From: a virus
Taxonomy: Duplodnaviria > Caudoviricetes
Length of the DNA: 29,727 nucleotides
Direction: 5' to 3' (one strand)
Virus record (IMG/VR): IMGVR_UViG_3300027974_000116
Location: 1 to 29,727 of that record
The number at the start of each line of letters is the position of its first letter. Within the stretch, counting starts at the first letter, position 1. A program made the translations under genes and the position numbers. Shown here piece after piece: positions 16,001 through 22,886 of the stretch. Below the pieces are notes generated by a model. That model had not been told where the DNA came from and did not search any database. It worked only from the letters and a program-made list of their open reading frames with translations.

Positions 16001-19000
16001 GCCTGGACCGTATTGCTAACTCTCGCGATACCGGGCGTACAGGATTCTTCTTTGACTACCAGAAGCAAGCCGCGAACTTGGCGCCTGGAGACGTGTCACT
16101 CCAGAAGGCTATTCGCGACAAGATGCCAAGACTTGCCACTCCAGAGCAAGTAAAGGCAATTATTAAGCCAGGCCAGACCCGCGGGGTAAACGAGGAGGAT
16201 GTTAAGTGGTCAGGAATTAATGAAGAGATTGATAGGCTTGCAAGTGAAAACGCAGGGAAAGTACCAAGAGATAAGCTGGAAGAATTCCTGGCTGGAAAGG
16301 GCAAGGTCCAGCTTGAAGAGACAAGATACGGTTCAGCAAAAGGCTCAAAAACTGCCTTAAACGAGCAGGATATTGCAAGACTGAATGAGCTTGAGGTCGC
16401 AGATTCAGCTAATCCACTGGGAGGAATGGACGACGAGATGGGCGATGGTGCCTACGGTGAAATGATGGACTTGCAGAATCGTCGCGACAATATTTCTACA
16501 TCCAGCCAACTCACAAGGATGGCAATGGCTGCGGAAGAGGAAGCAAGGGCTTTCCTAAAGAATTCTCCAACAAATCTTGGAAAAATTGGTGAAAGCAAGG
16601 TTTACGAAACTTTTGATCGCATGATGAAAAAAGCAGAGCACTTGAACGCAAGGGCAGAGCAATTTGATAGGGCATCAGTGTCAGGGAATGCGCCAAGGTT
16701 TGGTGGGTTCACAATTCCTGGCGGGAAGAATTACAGAGAAGTTGTGCTGTCCAGGAAACAGGACCAAGGAACAAAAAGAAAAGGTGCCTACAGAATTGAA
16801 TTTAAGAACGCAAAAGATGCGGATGGTTTCCTGACAGACATAAGCGCAGCCGGATTGGATGAACTTGATTACGGAAGAATTAGTGGCGAGGACATATCAA
16901 CGAATGACAGGGTCGTTGAGTTTAACGACACGGTGACACAGGAAATTGTTGACCTTGCAAGAGCATACGACGCGAAACTTCCAAATGAGTCAATTGAAAA
17001 AGCATACATTTCAAAGCATTACCCAAAGGTTACCGACTATATCGCGCACATGCGTTTGGACGAAAGGCCCGATTCTTTTGGTAGAGATGGATTATTCATT
17101 GAAGAGATTCAAAGCGATAGGCACCAGGCGGGAAGAAAGTACGGATATAAAGAGGATGATAATCTTGTAAAATTAGAAAATGAATTCAGAAAGAAGTACG
17201 GTGATCCCATTGAATTTGACAAGTTAAGCAGAGAGGATCAAACGAGATGGTACAGGGCCGAAGGAGAGAGCAAAATAGATCCGTACAAAAGCGTCCCGGA
17301 CGCACCGTTCCGGAAAGATTGGCCGATTCAAATGTTCAAAAGGGCCCTGGCCGAGGCAGTTGACTCAGGGAAGAAATGGATCGGATGGACAATTGGCGCG
17401 GAACAGCAAGAGAGATATCCTGGCATGGCAGGGAGTAGCAAGATGGGAATGGCAAAGTTTTATGACGAAATGTTGCCATCCGAGATTGGCAAGTACATGA
17501 AGCAGTATGGAGCCCCTGTAGAGAAGTCATCCATAACAAACGACCGCTACTATGTAATAACCCAGGATGGCAGGACGTTGCCAATGGATGGCGAGAAAAG
17601 CGCAATGGAATCAAGGGCGTCTAATCCTGGGTCAAGAATTGTAGAGCCAGATCAAATCCCAATGTGGAAAATTGACATTACCCCAGAGGTTTTCGCCGGG
17701 GTTCGCAAGATGCAGGAGATGGAGAAAGAGTTTTCCGGGACCGCTAAGACTGAGCCAAAGTTTACTAGCCTAATCGGTGGCGAAGAGCAGAAACAGTTTG
17801 CTCCGGCTAGCCAAGCCGAAAAGAAAGACGAAGAGTTTTGGGTTAGCCAAAGGAATCCAAAGGCAGTTAAGGCGACAGAGAATCCGCTTACCGAGAAGCT
17901 GACGATTGGCCTAGACGTTATCCTGAAGGACAAAGAACTAGCTAAAAAACAGGCGGACCTTGTTAAGAAGTACCCTGGATTTAGCCCAAAGAGCAAGACC
18001 ACCGAAGGGGTTCTCGGGGAATTCGTCGATCACGTTAAGGGCAATCTTTTGTATCTTTACGACTCATTCAAACCCGAGCTTAGGGAGCAGGCCAAGAAGT
18101 GGTACGACGGAGCCAGAAAGATTTCCGAGGAGTGGTCCGGGAAGTATGGGACCGAAACTAGGCAGAATGCAGGAGTGCTCGCTGTGCTATCCCCGCAGAA
18201 GGATTGGTTTATGAACGTGTCGCTTGCGGACAGAGTAATTGACATCAACACAAACAAATCCAAAGAGGTGTTTTCTCAGGAAATGTTTAACTGGTTAAAG
18301 TCTGACCCCAAGAGGGGCATGCTAGTAAATTCGGCGAGGAAGAATCTTCTCGGCAAGCGCTACAGCGAGGTCAAGGATTCGTTCGACAAGGCTATCTTCC
18401 TGCGCGCTTGGGACGAGGTCAACAATTCTAGATCCTTCGACGTCTATAACCCAGACGGAAAGATATTAGGCAAGAAGCTCAACGATGACGGAACCGAGGG
18501 CAAGGTTGGTTGGGGGTCATTCTCGCAGATTGAGAAGGGGATTAGTATTCTTGAGAACGGAGCCAGGGAAAACATTCACAACCAGCTTGGCGAGGAACAC
18601 AAGGTCAGAAACTTCTTCAACAATATCCTCCAGCCCAATTCCAAGTTCGGAGACGTTACTATTGATACGCATGCAGTCGCGGCCGGGCTACTCCGTCCCT
18701 TGTCCGGCGGGTCTACAGAGGTGCTTCATAACCTTGGCGGAGGCCCCTCCTCTAAGATAGTTGGAGCGTCTGGCACCTACGCACTATTTGCCGAGGCTTA
18801 CAGAAACGCTGCGAAAGAGCGCAAAGTACTTCCCCGGGAGATGCAGAGCATTACCTGGGAGGCAATCCGGGGCCTGTTCAAGCCAACGTTCAAGGGCCAG
18901 GCCAAAAATAAAGAATTTGTCGACAGCGTCTGGAAGAGCTATACTAAAGGAAGGGTAAAAATAAATGAAGCAAGAAACACAATCAGCAGATTTGCAGGAG

Positions 19001-19227
19001 GAATTGAAGACCCTAGCTGGGCAAGACGGAGCGGTCAGGTTCCTACTGAGGGAGGGACTGCCCCTAACGCGGGAGAACTACCTAAGCGTAGCATGGCCGG
19101 ACAGGACAGCGGAGGACGAACTGGACGCGGAGTTCGAGGCGCAACTGCCAGAAATGTTCAGACTCAAAACCTCGAATCAGCAGTAAAGTCTAGGCTAATT
19201 AAAAAACAACTGGAGGCCAAAAAATGA
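13024..19227 (+). CDS. Large polyvalent ejection protein: Ala/Gly-rich membrane-like region, zincin peptidase motif, GNAT-like domain, C-terminal HhH-GPD glycosylase-like domain
   Basis: 2067 aa; HEIMH (14641-14655) plus DEVLAE; LFIEEIQSD...PDAPF..DW...KRALAEA...GMAKFYD; WYDG..AVLSPQKDW..N..HKVRNFFNNI..VTIDTHA..MQSITW. Confidence 0.8.
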   Translation: MADEIIQDPLEAANYLLRQYRDNPNFEFTQEEASLVHSAYGGGVSFVDSKPVMDEASTSSFLRSQDESDPSFIASEEEFSILKATEPGAISRIGAGMTGAAEYLGPVIKEGIPELIKTASMREPRPGDPSLPATLLEAGARGTVDLGTMAVGASKFIEKAPFMVAGALGMQDDYKSYLNQKTIDQNYQMQAIDKMNAERAQGKSIVGLPEGTFAPKAAEAASMVLDPTLAVPFIGPGAKAAGIAGRGLGATTKIARGIETAARATGGAIDLGVEKVGQGIQRVLPGVTAPKTAGAIATGAAAIGIPGAFPIGAKIAGVRAGAEVVERGAQAVRIAGEEAMTGPSRMTVMERVAKNQKNPEWLRKAANTSIVSSPITQGAAELGLETGKGAVKSAAVGAGLGYVASGGEEEGIGGGLVIGSGLGTIGGAVKGVAAIPAKKALAKQGDVNRLFARQADLGLDVNKIADYVRKDNRPFLDAATLQMMAPDVQVEFHGRDSFMMPENAGINAAGVVKAVPDKSGTTRLLVNMDDMRSSGDTVKHEIMHAIMKSPAINKAEGRMAVMSEYGEEGLRRFGNEYARKLLEGERQGRGTPTEAEIRAKANELREGSQRSEPGAGDLDWIADEVLAEQFVGEFRGKDLDSLRRKTLPGTDLLSLQEGFLAPVGRLLNKFGIDTTGPKPTNIDTLFKDNPLVPSKQLRELTSRWFRDRDKYLDGLEKAEKQKDVTLVPGPGNRNLANNPAIQFTRNRKTNLEENDFAVRFPDGTVRAKDPASILAVDKARVADVAKMYDPNAVLERGSPEFGVKIQSDGKPYVGGNTLPEGFFNLDSFNDFTKEVAKTLQDSRQEGKTYSVWYQKIGTGEDGSWAQSVKRGLGNIKVGQSEIAFLGWRLSKAGNILAQAVDISALRGRMLDFARSGKGRINEVWGGDLSSYEKDVMQYLDNHANERPGETGIGIDKRNAINYLFGITNIANKNANPMYVAEGRPPGSLVKSYRLDRIANSRDTGRTGFFFDYQKQAANLAPGDVSLQKAIRDKMPRLATPEQVKAIIKPGQTRGVNEEDVKWSGINEEIDRLASENAGKVPRDKLEEFLAGKGKVQLEETRYGSAKGSKTALNEQDIARLNELEVADSANPLGGMDDEMGDGAYGEMMDLQNRRDNISTSSQLTRMAMAAEEEARAFLKNSPTNLGKIGESKVYETFDRMMKKAEHLNARAEQFDRASVSGNAPRFGGFTIPGGKNYREVVLSRKQDQGTKRKGAYRIEFKNAKDADGFLTDISAAGLDELDYGRISGEDISTNDRVVEFNDTVTQEIVDLARAYDAKLPNESIEKAYISKHYPKVTDYIAHMRLDERPDSFGRDGLFIEEIQSDRHQAGRKYGYKEDDNLVKLENEFRKKYGDPIEFDKLSREDQTRWYRAEGESKIDPYKSVPDAPFRKDWPIQMFKRALAEAVDSGKKWIGWTIGAEQQERYPGMAGSSKMGMAKFYDEMLPSEIGKYMKQYGAPVEKSSITNDRYYVITQDGRTLPMDGEKSAMESRASNPGSRIVEPDQIPMWKIDITPEVFAGVRKMQEMEKEFSGTAKTEPKFTSLIGGEEQKQFAPASQAEKKDEEFWVSQRNPKAVKATENPLTEKLTIGLDVILKDKELAKKQADLVKKYPGFSPKSKTTEGVLGEFVDHVKGNLLYLYDSFKPELREQAKKWYDGARKISEEWSGKYGTETRQNAGVLAVLSPQKDWFMNVSLADRVIDINTNKSKEVFSQEMFNWLKSDPKRGMLVNSARKNLLGKRYSEVKDSFDKAIFLRAWDEVNNSRSFDVYNPDGKILGKKLNDDGTEGKVGWGSFSQIEKGISILENGARENIHNQLGEEHKVRNFFNNILQPNSKFGDVTIDTHAVAAGLLRPLSGGSTEVLHNLGGGPSSKIVGASGTYALFAEAYRNAAKERKVLPREMQSITWEAIRGLFKPTFKGQAKNKEFVDSVWKSYTKGRVKINEARNTISRFAGGIEDPSWARRSGQVPTEGGTAPNAGELPKRSMAGQDSGGRTGRGVRGATARNVQTQNLESAVKSRLIKKQLEAKK
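18965..19186 (+). CDS. 73-aa acidic protein nested in +1 frame inside the 3' end of the large ORF
   Basis: AAGGAAGGGT SD upstream of ATG; protein-like GLPLTRENYLSVAWPD...ELDAEFEAQLPE while the host frame turns low-complexity Arg/Gly-rich. Confidence 0.7.
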   Translation: MKQETQSADLQEELKTLAGQDGAVRFLLREGLPLTRENYLSVAWPDRTAEDELDAEFEAQLPEMFRLKTSNQQ

Positions 19228-19229
19228 CC

Positions 19230-19502
19230 TCACTCGACGTCGGTATCTCCAAACCTGGAAATAAAACCTCCGTAGGCCCCCTTGGCGTCGACAATGCTTC
19301 CATTCCTTGTGAGGCATCCAGCGTAGTTTCCGGAGGCGTCGGAGAGACTCCTGTTCCTAAAGATGGAACCACCGTATTCCCCTGTGGATGTACTGTAGGA
19401 AGTGCGGTAGACGGAACCACCGTAGTTCCCGGTTGCATCTGTGAGATCCCCGGCGAAACAGTGACCGAGTGACAAGACGACCAACAATAGGATTTTCTTC
19501 AT
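19230..19502 (-). CDS. Secreted 90-aa protein with four beta-hairpin repeats (moron-like)
   Basis: Signal peptide MKKILLLVVLSLGHCFA; four ~16-aa repeats (D/T)xxGxY(G/A)Gxxx R; exactly fills the gap between two + strand genes. Confidence 0.75.
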   Translation of the reverse strand: MKKILLLVVLSLGHCFAGDLTDATGNYGGSVYRTSYSTSTGEYGGSIFRNRSLSDASGNYAGCLTRNGSIVDAKGAYGGFISRFGDTDVE

Positions 19503-20325
19503 GGCTAATACTCTAACACAGATCCCGGAACTAAGCGCAAGCAGAAATTTTACCCCATTTGGGGCCGGAGAATTCGACAGGCAAAACGCGTCCAGGCCGA
19601 TGCAAGAGCCACAGAGGGCGGGGTGGACCGACGAGAAGGGTCAGCGCCTGGTCGCAATGTCTGAGCGCATGCGATCCGCGGCGACGATGGACGACATCCG
19701 GTCAGAGACAACACAAAGAGCAATGGAGGATCAAGTGACTAAAAATATTATGCAGGATCAAAACTTAATCGGGCCAAAGGTGCCCAAGAATGAATACGAC
19801 TCAGCCCTGGCGACAGTTGACATGGAGGCCAGGAAGGACAAGTCCGGGAACGTAATGGTCTACAATCTCCCTTCCGGGGATATGGGCGGTAGCTACGAAG
19901 TCGCCGGGATCAACGACAAGTATCATCCAGCGGCCGCGGAGATGCTGAAGAATCTTCCAGCGGGGGAGCGCAGGGACGCAGCTGCCAGGTACGTCGTAGA
20001 ATATGCCAGGCCCTTCACGTCTAAACTTCCTGAGCCTTACCGACCCTTCTTCCAGGACCTGGCATTCAACCGCGGGGTCGGAGGGGCAACGAAGTTCCTG
20101 CAACGCGCGATCGGCGTGAAGGATGACGGAGCGCTTGGGCCTCAGACGCTCAAGGCCCTGGAGGGACTGAACCCATCAGAGGTAATGAGGAACGTTTCTG
20201 TCGAGCAGATGACCTACGAGAGAAGGCTTGCGGAGCAGAACCCAGAACGTAAAAAGTTCCTCAATGGTCTCCAGAATAGAGTCTCGAACAGATATCGGCT
20301 TTTCGGGAATGCCCCAACCGGGTAA
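19501..20325 (+). CDS. Glycoside hydrolase family 108 lysozyme with peptidoglycan-binding C-terminus (true start uncertain)
   Basis: EARK...DMGGSYEVAGI, DLAFNRGVGGATKFLQRAIGVKDDGALGPQT, KKFLNGLQNR. Confidence 0.85.
   Translation: MANTLTQIPELSASRNFTPFGAGEFDRQNASRPMQEPQRAGWTDEKGQRLVAMSERMRSAATMDDIRSETTQRAMEDQVTKNIMQDQNLIGPKVPKNEYDSALATVDMEARKDKSGNVMVYNLPSGDMGGSYEVAGINDKYHPAAAEMLKNLPAGERRDAAARYVVEYARPFTSKLPEPYRPFFQDLAFNRGVGGATKFLQRAIGVKDDGALGPQTLKALEGLNPSEVMRNVSVEQMTYERRLAEQNPERKKFLNGLQNRVSNRYRLFGNAPTG
19503..19540 (-). promoter_or_regulatory. Putative extended -10 promoter giving a leaderless transcript of the antisense gene
   Basis: Minus strand reads TG-T-TAGAGT (hexamer 19515-19510), 7 nt, then ATG; TTGCGC 19 nt upstream of the -10. 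Confidence 0.45.
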
Positions 20326-20698
20326 TCGTCAGACAGGAGCGGTAGGAGTCGCTAGGGTAATCGCAGGACTCCTCGCTTCCGGGTGGAACGTGTTGACCCC
20401 ATTTGAGGACAACGCCGGGTACGACATCGTTGCGGAGAAGGACGGAACATTCAAAAGAATCCAGGTCAAGTCGTGTGGCGCCCCGCGGCTACACAGCAAT
20501 GGCAGAAGGGGCCCGAGCTACAAGTTCAGCACCGGGCGCGGAGTCGACAAGAGGAAGTATGGCAAGTGCATCGACCTAATATTCCTGGTCGCGCTGGACA
20601 AGGATTTGCTTTGGGTATTTGACTCAAGAAAAATGAAAGCGACGCGTTCCGCATCTCCAGAAGATTCAATTGCCTGGATGAGTTTGGCTAAAATATAG
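20309..20698 (+). CDS. Free-standing PD-(D/E)XK endonuclease (homing-endonuclease-like)
   Basis: ATG 20309; GWNVLTPFEDNAGYDIVAEKDGTFKRIQVKS...Y...IDLIF. Confidence 0.75.
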   Translation: MPQPGNRQTGAVGVARVIAGLLASGWNVLTPFEDNAGYDIVAEKDGTFKRIQVKSCGAPRLHSNGRRGPSYKFSTGRGVDKRKYGKCIDLIFLVALDKDLLWVFDSRKMKATRSASPEDSIAWMSLAKI

Positions 20699-20723
20699 CA
20701 AGTCAAGCTAATTAAAGTTTCCC

Positions 20724-20787
20724 AAAAATAATGTGTTGACCTAGTTGCCGTGTTTCGGCAGAGTCCGGTGATCTTGAAACAAGGAGG
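20724..20787 (+). promoter_or_regulatory. Putative sigma70 promoter with palindrome in spacer, and SD for the replication module
   Basis: AT-rich stretch, TTGACC (20736-41), 17 nt, CAGAGT (20759-64); TGCCG-N5-CGGCA at 20746-60; AAGGAGG at 20781-87. Confidence 0.5.
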
Positions 20788-20792
20788 TCACC

Positions 20793-21206
20793 ATGGGCGG
20801 AGGAAAGATGTCACGCAACAAGGGGAAACGCGGTGAACGCGAGGTATCAAGCCTGCTCAGTGAGGCTGGATGGAAGGCTAGGCGCGCCCAGCAATTCTGC
20901 GGGTCTCCGGATGGCGGAGCTAGTGACGTACTGGTCGAATCAGAATTCTGGCCCTTCCACGTCGAGGTCAAGTACTGCCAGCAAACCAAAATTTACGACT
21001 GGATGCAACAGTCTACCAACGATTCAAAAACTGGTAAAACACCTATCGTCTGTCATCGAAGAAATCAAACAGGATGGCACGTCACAATGAAATTTAAGGA
21101 TTGGATCGATTTAGTAAATAATAGTCTTCCGATCGTGTTGCCAGCAGTTACACACGCAAAAGACATTCATCAGACTTCACCTCAAATAAACCCAAATAAA
21201 CCATAA
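20793..21206 (+). CDS. Holliday junction resolvase-like PD-(D/E)XK nuclease
   Basis: SRNKGKRGERE...SDV...HVEVK...W.Q...D...PIVCHRRN...W. Confidence 0.8.
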   Translation: MGGGKMSRNKGKRGEREVSSLLSEAGWKARRAQQFCGSPDGGASDVLVESEFWPFHVEVKYCQQTKIYDWMQQSTNDSKTGKTPIVCHRRNQTGWHVTMKFKDWIDLVNNSLPIVLPAVTHAKDIHQTSPQINPNKP

Positions 21207-21220
21207 AGGAGAATACACAT

Positions 21221-21838
21221 ATGGCATTAGTACTAAGCGAGAAAAGCACAAAAGAAAGACCGATCGTAGAGGCGGGAGCGCATCCTGCAATCTGCTATTC
21301 GGTAATTGACATGGGAACCCAAAAGAGCACCTACCAAGGTGAGACGAAGGAGTTAAAGAAGATCCGGATCGCGTTTGAGATCTGCGACCAGAACGACGAC
21401 TTCGAGCAAGTAGAGAATGGTAAGGTCACCATCATCAAAAAGCCGTTGGTCTGTTCCGCGGAGTTTACCGCGTCGATCGGACCGAAGGCGTCGCTTCGGA
21501 AGTTCATTGAGGGTTGGCTAGGATCAGCGCTCAACGCGAAGCAACTCGCCTCATTCAAGGTGACTGACTTCCTGGGGAAGTCGGCACTACTCAACGTAGT
21601 CCACAAGGTTAGCCAAACCTCCGGCAAGACCTACGCTGCGATTGGATCTGCATCCAAAATGCCTAAAGGCATGGCAGTTCCCGAGCGCGTAAACAATCTT
21701 ATCTCGTATGAGATTGAGCAAGGCCAGGGTGGCGAGTTTAACAACTTGCCGAAGTGGCTACAGGAAAAAGTTCTTCTGTCGAAAGAGCTCGGTGGAGTCA
21801 AGTCGACCGTAGCGACTGACGACGGAGCACCGTTCTAA
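21221..21838 (+). CDS. Single-stranded DNA-binding protein (NGO0469-like phage family)
   Basis: GAHPAICYSVIDMGTQ, SLRKFIEGW, LPKWLQEK, acidic-aromatic tail DDGAPF; AAAGGAG SD. Confidence 0.7.
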   Translation: MALVLSEKSTKERPIVEAGAHPAICYSVIDMGTQKSTYQGETKELKKIRIAFEICDQNDDFEQVENGKVTIIKKPLVCSAEFTASIGPKASLRKFIEGWLGSALNAKQLASFKVTDFLGKSALLNVVHKVSQTSGKTYAAIGSASKMPKGMAVPERVNNLISYEIEQGQGGEFNNLPKWLQEKVLLSKELGGVKSTVATDDGAPF

Positions 21839-22710
21839 TGGCACTGGAACTCTCTACTTATTCGGAAACGCCGACGAAACTTGTGTCAGCGGAATTTTCC
21901 GCGCACTGGTACTCGACTGACGGAGAGGCTTACCACACGGTCCCGGACGCTGAAGGGCGCGATCGTCCAACAACGCTCCGGGACGTGAGGAAGTTAGCCA
22001 AGGAAGGAATTGATCTTCTTCCGTCGGTCACTTCAGTGATGAAAGTGAAGGACGCTCCACAGCTTAACGCGTGGAAAATATCTCAGTGTCTACTCGCAGC
22101 CGACGAGCGCCCAAGACTTCCCGGGGAGTCCCTGGAAGATTGGGCCTCAGTGATTGAAGAGTTGAGCAAGGCAGTCACCAAGAAGGCGTCGAACCATGGC
22201 ACTGCTATGCACGACGTCCAGGAGAGGCTACTACCACTGCTACGCGAGAAGAAGGAGCCTGTATCCGTAAAGGATATTAAGATCCGGGAAGATCTTGTTC
22301 CGTTTGCCGAACACATGGTGAAGTGGATCAACTCCGATGTCGTCAAGGCGCATTGGGAAGAGAAGGTGCTGGTCGGTGCTGGATACGCTGGGAAGGCGGA
22401 CGCGCTGATTGATCACTCCGAGTATGGCACATGCCTAATCGATCTGAAGAACAGATCGTTCGACCCAGATAAGGTGACAGCATCAAGGCGCCCGGTCTAC
22501 CCACACGACGCTATGCAGTTAGGGGCATACAGGAAGGCCCTTGGCAAGGAAGTGCACTGCATGTCAGTGATCCTGTCTTCGAAGACTCCATCTGCTCCGT
22601 TTGTTCACAAGTGGAGTGAGCAGGAGTTGGAAGATGGCTGGAGTGCTTTTCAGCACTGTCTGGCCCTGTGGTGCTTTGACAAGAAATTCAAACCCAAGGG
22701 TGTGGTTTAG
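21838..22710 (+). CDS. PD-(D/E)XK exonuclease
   Basis: HWY, TTLRD, LPSVTSV, GTAMH, E..., GYAGKAD, LIDLK, MQLGAY motifs. Confidence 0.8.
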   Translation: MALELSTYSETPTKLVSAEFSAHWYSTDGEAYHTVPDAEGRDRPTTLRDVRKLAKEGIDLLPSVTSVMKVKDAPQLNAWKISQCLLAADERPRLPGESLEDWASVIEELSKAVTKKASNHGTAMHDVQERLLPLLREKKEPVSVKDIKIREDLVPFAEHMVKWINSDVVKAHWEEKVLVGAGYAGKADALIDHSEYGTCLIDLKNRSFDPDKVTASRRPVYPHDAMQLGAYRKALGKEVHCMSVILSSKTPSAPFVHKWSEQELEDGWSAFQHCLALWCFDKKFKPKGVV

Positions 22711-22727
22711 CAAAAGGAGTAATAAAA

Positions 22728-22886
22728 ATGAAACCAGGACTATACGCAAACATACATAAGAAGAGGGCCAGGATTAAGGCTGGCTCAAAAGAAAGAATGA
22801 GAAAGCCGGGATCTGAGGGAGCTCCAACTGCAAAAGCATTTGAAAGATCCAAGTTGACAGCGAAGGAGGTTGGTTATGGCAGATAG
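22728..22886 (+). CDS. 52-aa basic protein, absent from ORF track
   Basis: AAAAGGAG SD; MKPGLYANIHKKRARIKAGSKERMRKPGSEGAPTAKAFERS, a pattern recurrent in aquatic phages. Confidence 0.8.
   Translation: MKPGLYANIHKKRARIKAGSKERMRKPGSEGAPTAKAFERSKLTAKEVGYGR

Noticed and set aside
13215-18958. Other overlapping ORFs within the giant gene on either strand
   Set aside because: No SD, shadow-like composition, and they overlap conserved motifs of the main frame, unlike 18965..19186
19224-19472. + strand 82-aa ORF with ATGA overlap
   Set aside because: Looks like the antisense shadow of the minus-strand gene, which has a signal peptide, regular repeats and a promoter; not fully excluded
20678-20706. 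Leftward promoter from TTGACT on the minus strand
   Set aside because: No acceptable -10 at 16-18 nt spacing and no convincing minus-strand ORF downstream
21838-22710. Cas4/CRISPR system
   Set aside because: Ordinary phage PD-(D/E)XK exonuclease; no repeat-spacer array or other cas genes seen
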